64,000 bases of DNA, taken from NCBI GenBank assembly GCA_026023565.1, contig JAPETS010000012.1, positions 186,001 through 250,000 on the forward strand. Direction: 5' to 3'. The notes beneath the pieces are model-generated. The model had not been told where the DNA came from. It did no database searches and was given only the letters and a program-made list of their open reading frames with translations. Origin of the DNA: Cirrosporium novae-zelandiae (Eukaryota). Positions 61,673 through 64,000 of the stretch are shown one piece after another; within the stretch, counting starts at the first letter, position 1; each line of letters starts with the position of its first letter. The position numbers and the translations under genes were made by a program.

Positions 61673-63135
61673 CTAAACCTTCACGGCTTCAATAACGCCT
61701 TCCCCTGGAATCCCTGAAACCGGTGGCTCATGGAACTTGACAACCTGCAATCCAACCTTTTCTAGCAGCTCATTCCACTGTTTCTGTGATCGCTCCAGGC
61801 TTGCTAATTGTGTCATCATCATGATACCCATGGATGCGTAGCCCATTGGACAGTTTTCATCTGGAAGGACTGACTCATTGATAATAAGCTTTGAATAATT
61901 GGGTGTCATTGCTGCGACAATGTTCTGGAGGATCTTGCTGGCCTGTTCGTCGGACCAGTCGTGCAAGACCCAATGAAGGAAATATGTTCGTGCCCCTTTG
62001 ACCGGCTGTGGGGTGAAAAAGTCATAGGGTACACCCTCAATACCATCGTTCTTGTTGAGACGAGCAGCTTCAACTGCATAAGGAAGCTCTTGTAAGATCA
62101 GCCTTCCAGGAGCATCTAGGAATTTTTCCTTGAATAACTTCAAGTACTTCCCTTGGCCTCCCCCAATATCAATCAATAGCACATCACTTTGTTTTGCATC
62201 AAATCCGTCAATCAGTTGGCGTTGAATGGGGAACCAGTCCACCCAGTTTGGCTTTCCTCTTTGATTAAGTTCCATCCAGGCATGAAAATCCTTGGTCATG
62301 CCGTGCTTATCCGCGTAAGGGAAATAATCCATATCGGTATTGAAAGCGAGTTGGAAGGGCGTGTCAGAAGAAGTCGTCGGATATTTGAAACCCTTACGCC
62401 TAAAGAATTCGGGGGCTTTTGCTACGCAGAGGTTTCCGATATCGAAACTAAATCATTGATCGCAATGGTTCAGTGGTCTATCCTCATAAGAGGTGATAGG
62501 TAAGATTTACCAAATTTTGACGCTTGACTCAATCAATGGATCGGTTAAGGCTTTAGTAAGGGCAGAGGCCTTGTATCTTTCCACCCCGATTTCTTTAACA
62601 TGGCCTGTGGCAGAAAGTACTCGTAATATTTGGACTGAGTGGTAGCAAATTGCTTATCAGCTATTTAAAAATCGGAAATGACATGGGTGAATCATCCATG
62701 ATATCCATATGGAACCATTTTTGGAAAGGACAGTCACCCGTACTCACCAACCAGTATATAGTCGGCATCAGCAGATGCAGCCAACGATTTGGCTGTGGAA
62801 GGATTGTCTCCACTTGCGCATATGTTTCGAAATATTTGTAGGTCGACACCCATCCTCAAGCACATATTTGTTGGGAGGTCCTTTTCATGATAACATCAGG
62901 AACCTACTATCAAGAATATCTACTCGGAGAAGAAAGGGATTGATACCGTTACGGCATGGTCAAAAATGACATCCATAGGAGTCTCCAGCGCTCGTGTCAG
63001 CTTCTTTGAAGCTTCTAAAGCCTTCATCCGAGCATTATTATCACCAAAGACATCGGCTTTATCCAAGGCTGCTGTTGCGGAATTGACCTCTTTGACGAGG
63101 GTTGAGACGTATTCATTGTGATCCGAGGAGTTCAT
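61673..63135 (-). CDS. SAM-dependent O-methyltransferase (Methyltransf_2, secondary-metabolism type)
   Basis: Four exons (63135-62947, 62880-62748, ~62635-62511, ~62447-61673) join in frame. Motifs LIDIGGGQG, LILQELP, YDFFTPQPVKGA, LHDWSD, SKLIINE, ERSQKQW. Confidence 0.93.
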
Positions 63136-64000
63136 GATTACTTGTATAAAATTGGGTTAGTTTGAAGAGCACACACTCATCAGGGATTATTAAGAGATGG
63201 ACTTTACTTGATGGTTCTCAGATCTTAGCGAAATTGATCTACAGAAATCTGAAGTATATTCACCTAATTGAAAAGAAATTCCCTGTTGTGCCTGTGCATT
63301 CTGTGATCCTCTTTTTCTATGTCGGTAGGGTCCATCGGGGTACTTTAGTTCAGTTGGAAAGGGAGGCTATCTGAACTATCTGGAGCATCTGGGCTATCTT
63401 GATTCTTGAGCCTTTGCTAGACTAAGATCCGGGTGGAAGCTCAGACGAGTTGTTAGTACGTAAGTTCACTAATCACTTCTCTCGGAAAGGCTCCCGGTTC
63501 ATGTCACAGTCAAATGCATCTCTGGATGCTAAAGTGTAAAGTGGTAATATCTCCTGATACGGGGGTTCGTCGTTTAGGGTGCGTTTGGTGGCTCTAGTTA
63601 GTTTAAGTCAATCCAAAAATCCTATTTTTTCTTTTCCGTGGCTGTCGGCCCGCACGCATCCTCTTCTAAACTTCTTGGGTAAGTCTTGGCTAAAACATCT
63701 CGATGGACCAACCCTCACAACCTCAAGGACTACCAAGGACCATATCTTCATCGCTCACTTCCTATCGTTTACGCTAACCCGTACGGCCATGGACCCAATA
63801 CTGTTAATTCTTCTCAATATTTTTTTACCAAGTAGATTGAGTCGGATATTTGGGACCGAATAGTTTACCTACTACATTATCCTTGTCTTAACGTGGTATA
63901 ATAATTATAGTCTTTAGGTCGAGAATAGCTGTATAATGTGCTTGTGTGCGCCACAAAGTTTCAAAGTCTCCTTCCACGGCCACCAGCAATAGCCTGAAAG

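Overview
Intron-containing fungal DNA from a filamentous ascomycete (Pezizomycotina); the exact taxon cannot be set from sequence alone. About 1-54.6 kb is a conserved housekeeping block: a fungal-specific transcription factor (5' end missing), AIM6-like phosphodiesterase, POT1, importin-alpha, a Kre1-like GPI wall protein, Pol III subunit RPC4, a C-terminal Zn2Cys6 protein, a Clb3-like B cyclin, a DHX57-like helicase, aprataxin, a NYN-like/CCCH protein, TRAP-alpha/Irc22, FEX fluoride exporter, an Upp-type UPRTase, cohesin Scc3/STAG and UreD. After about 54.6 kb the DNA looks accessory: a BTB gene, a pathway-type Zn2Cys6 regulator, an 844-bp non-coding element that is almost entirely palindromic (TA-flanked, 155-bp perfect terminal inverted repeats), and an O-methyltransferase. 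This probably marks the edge of a secondary-metabolite cluster. Exon structures were read by hand from GT-AG, branch-site and reading-frame continuity. Family calls come from motif recognition, not database searches. I recognised no rRNA, tRNA or CRISPR array. I cannot claim a proven new system; the best leads are the fold-back element beside the O-methyltransferase 3' end and the putative NYN-CCCH ribonuclease.
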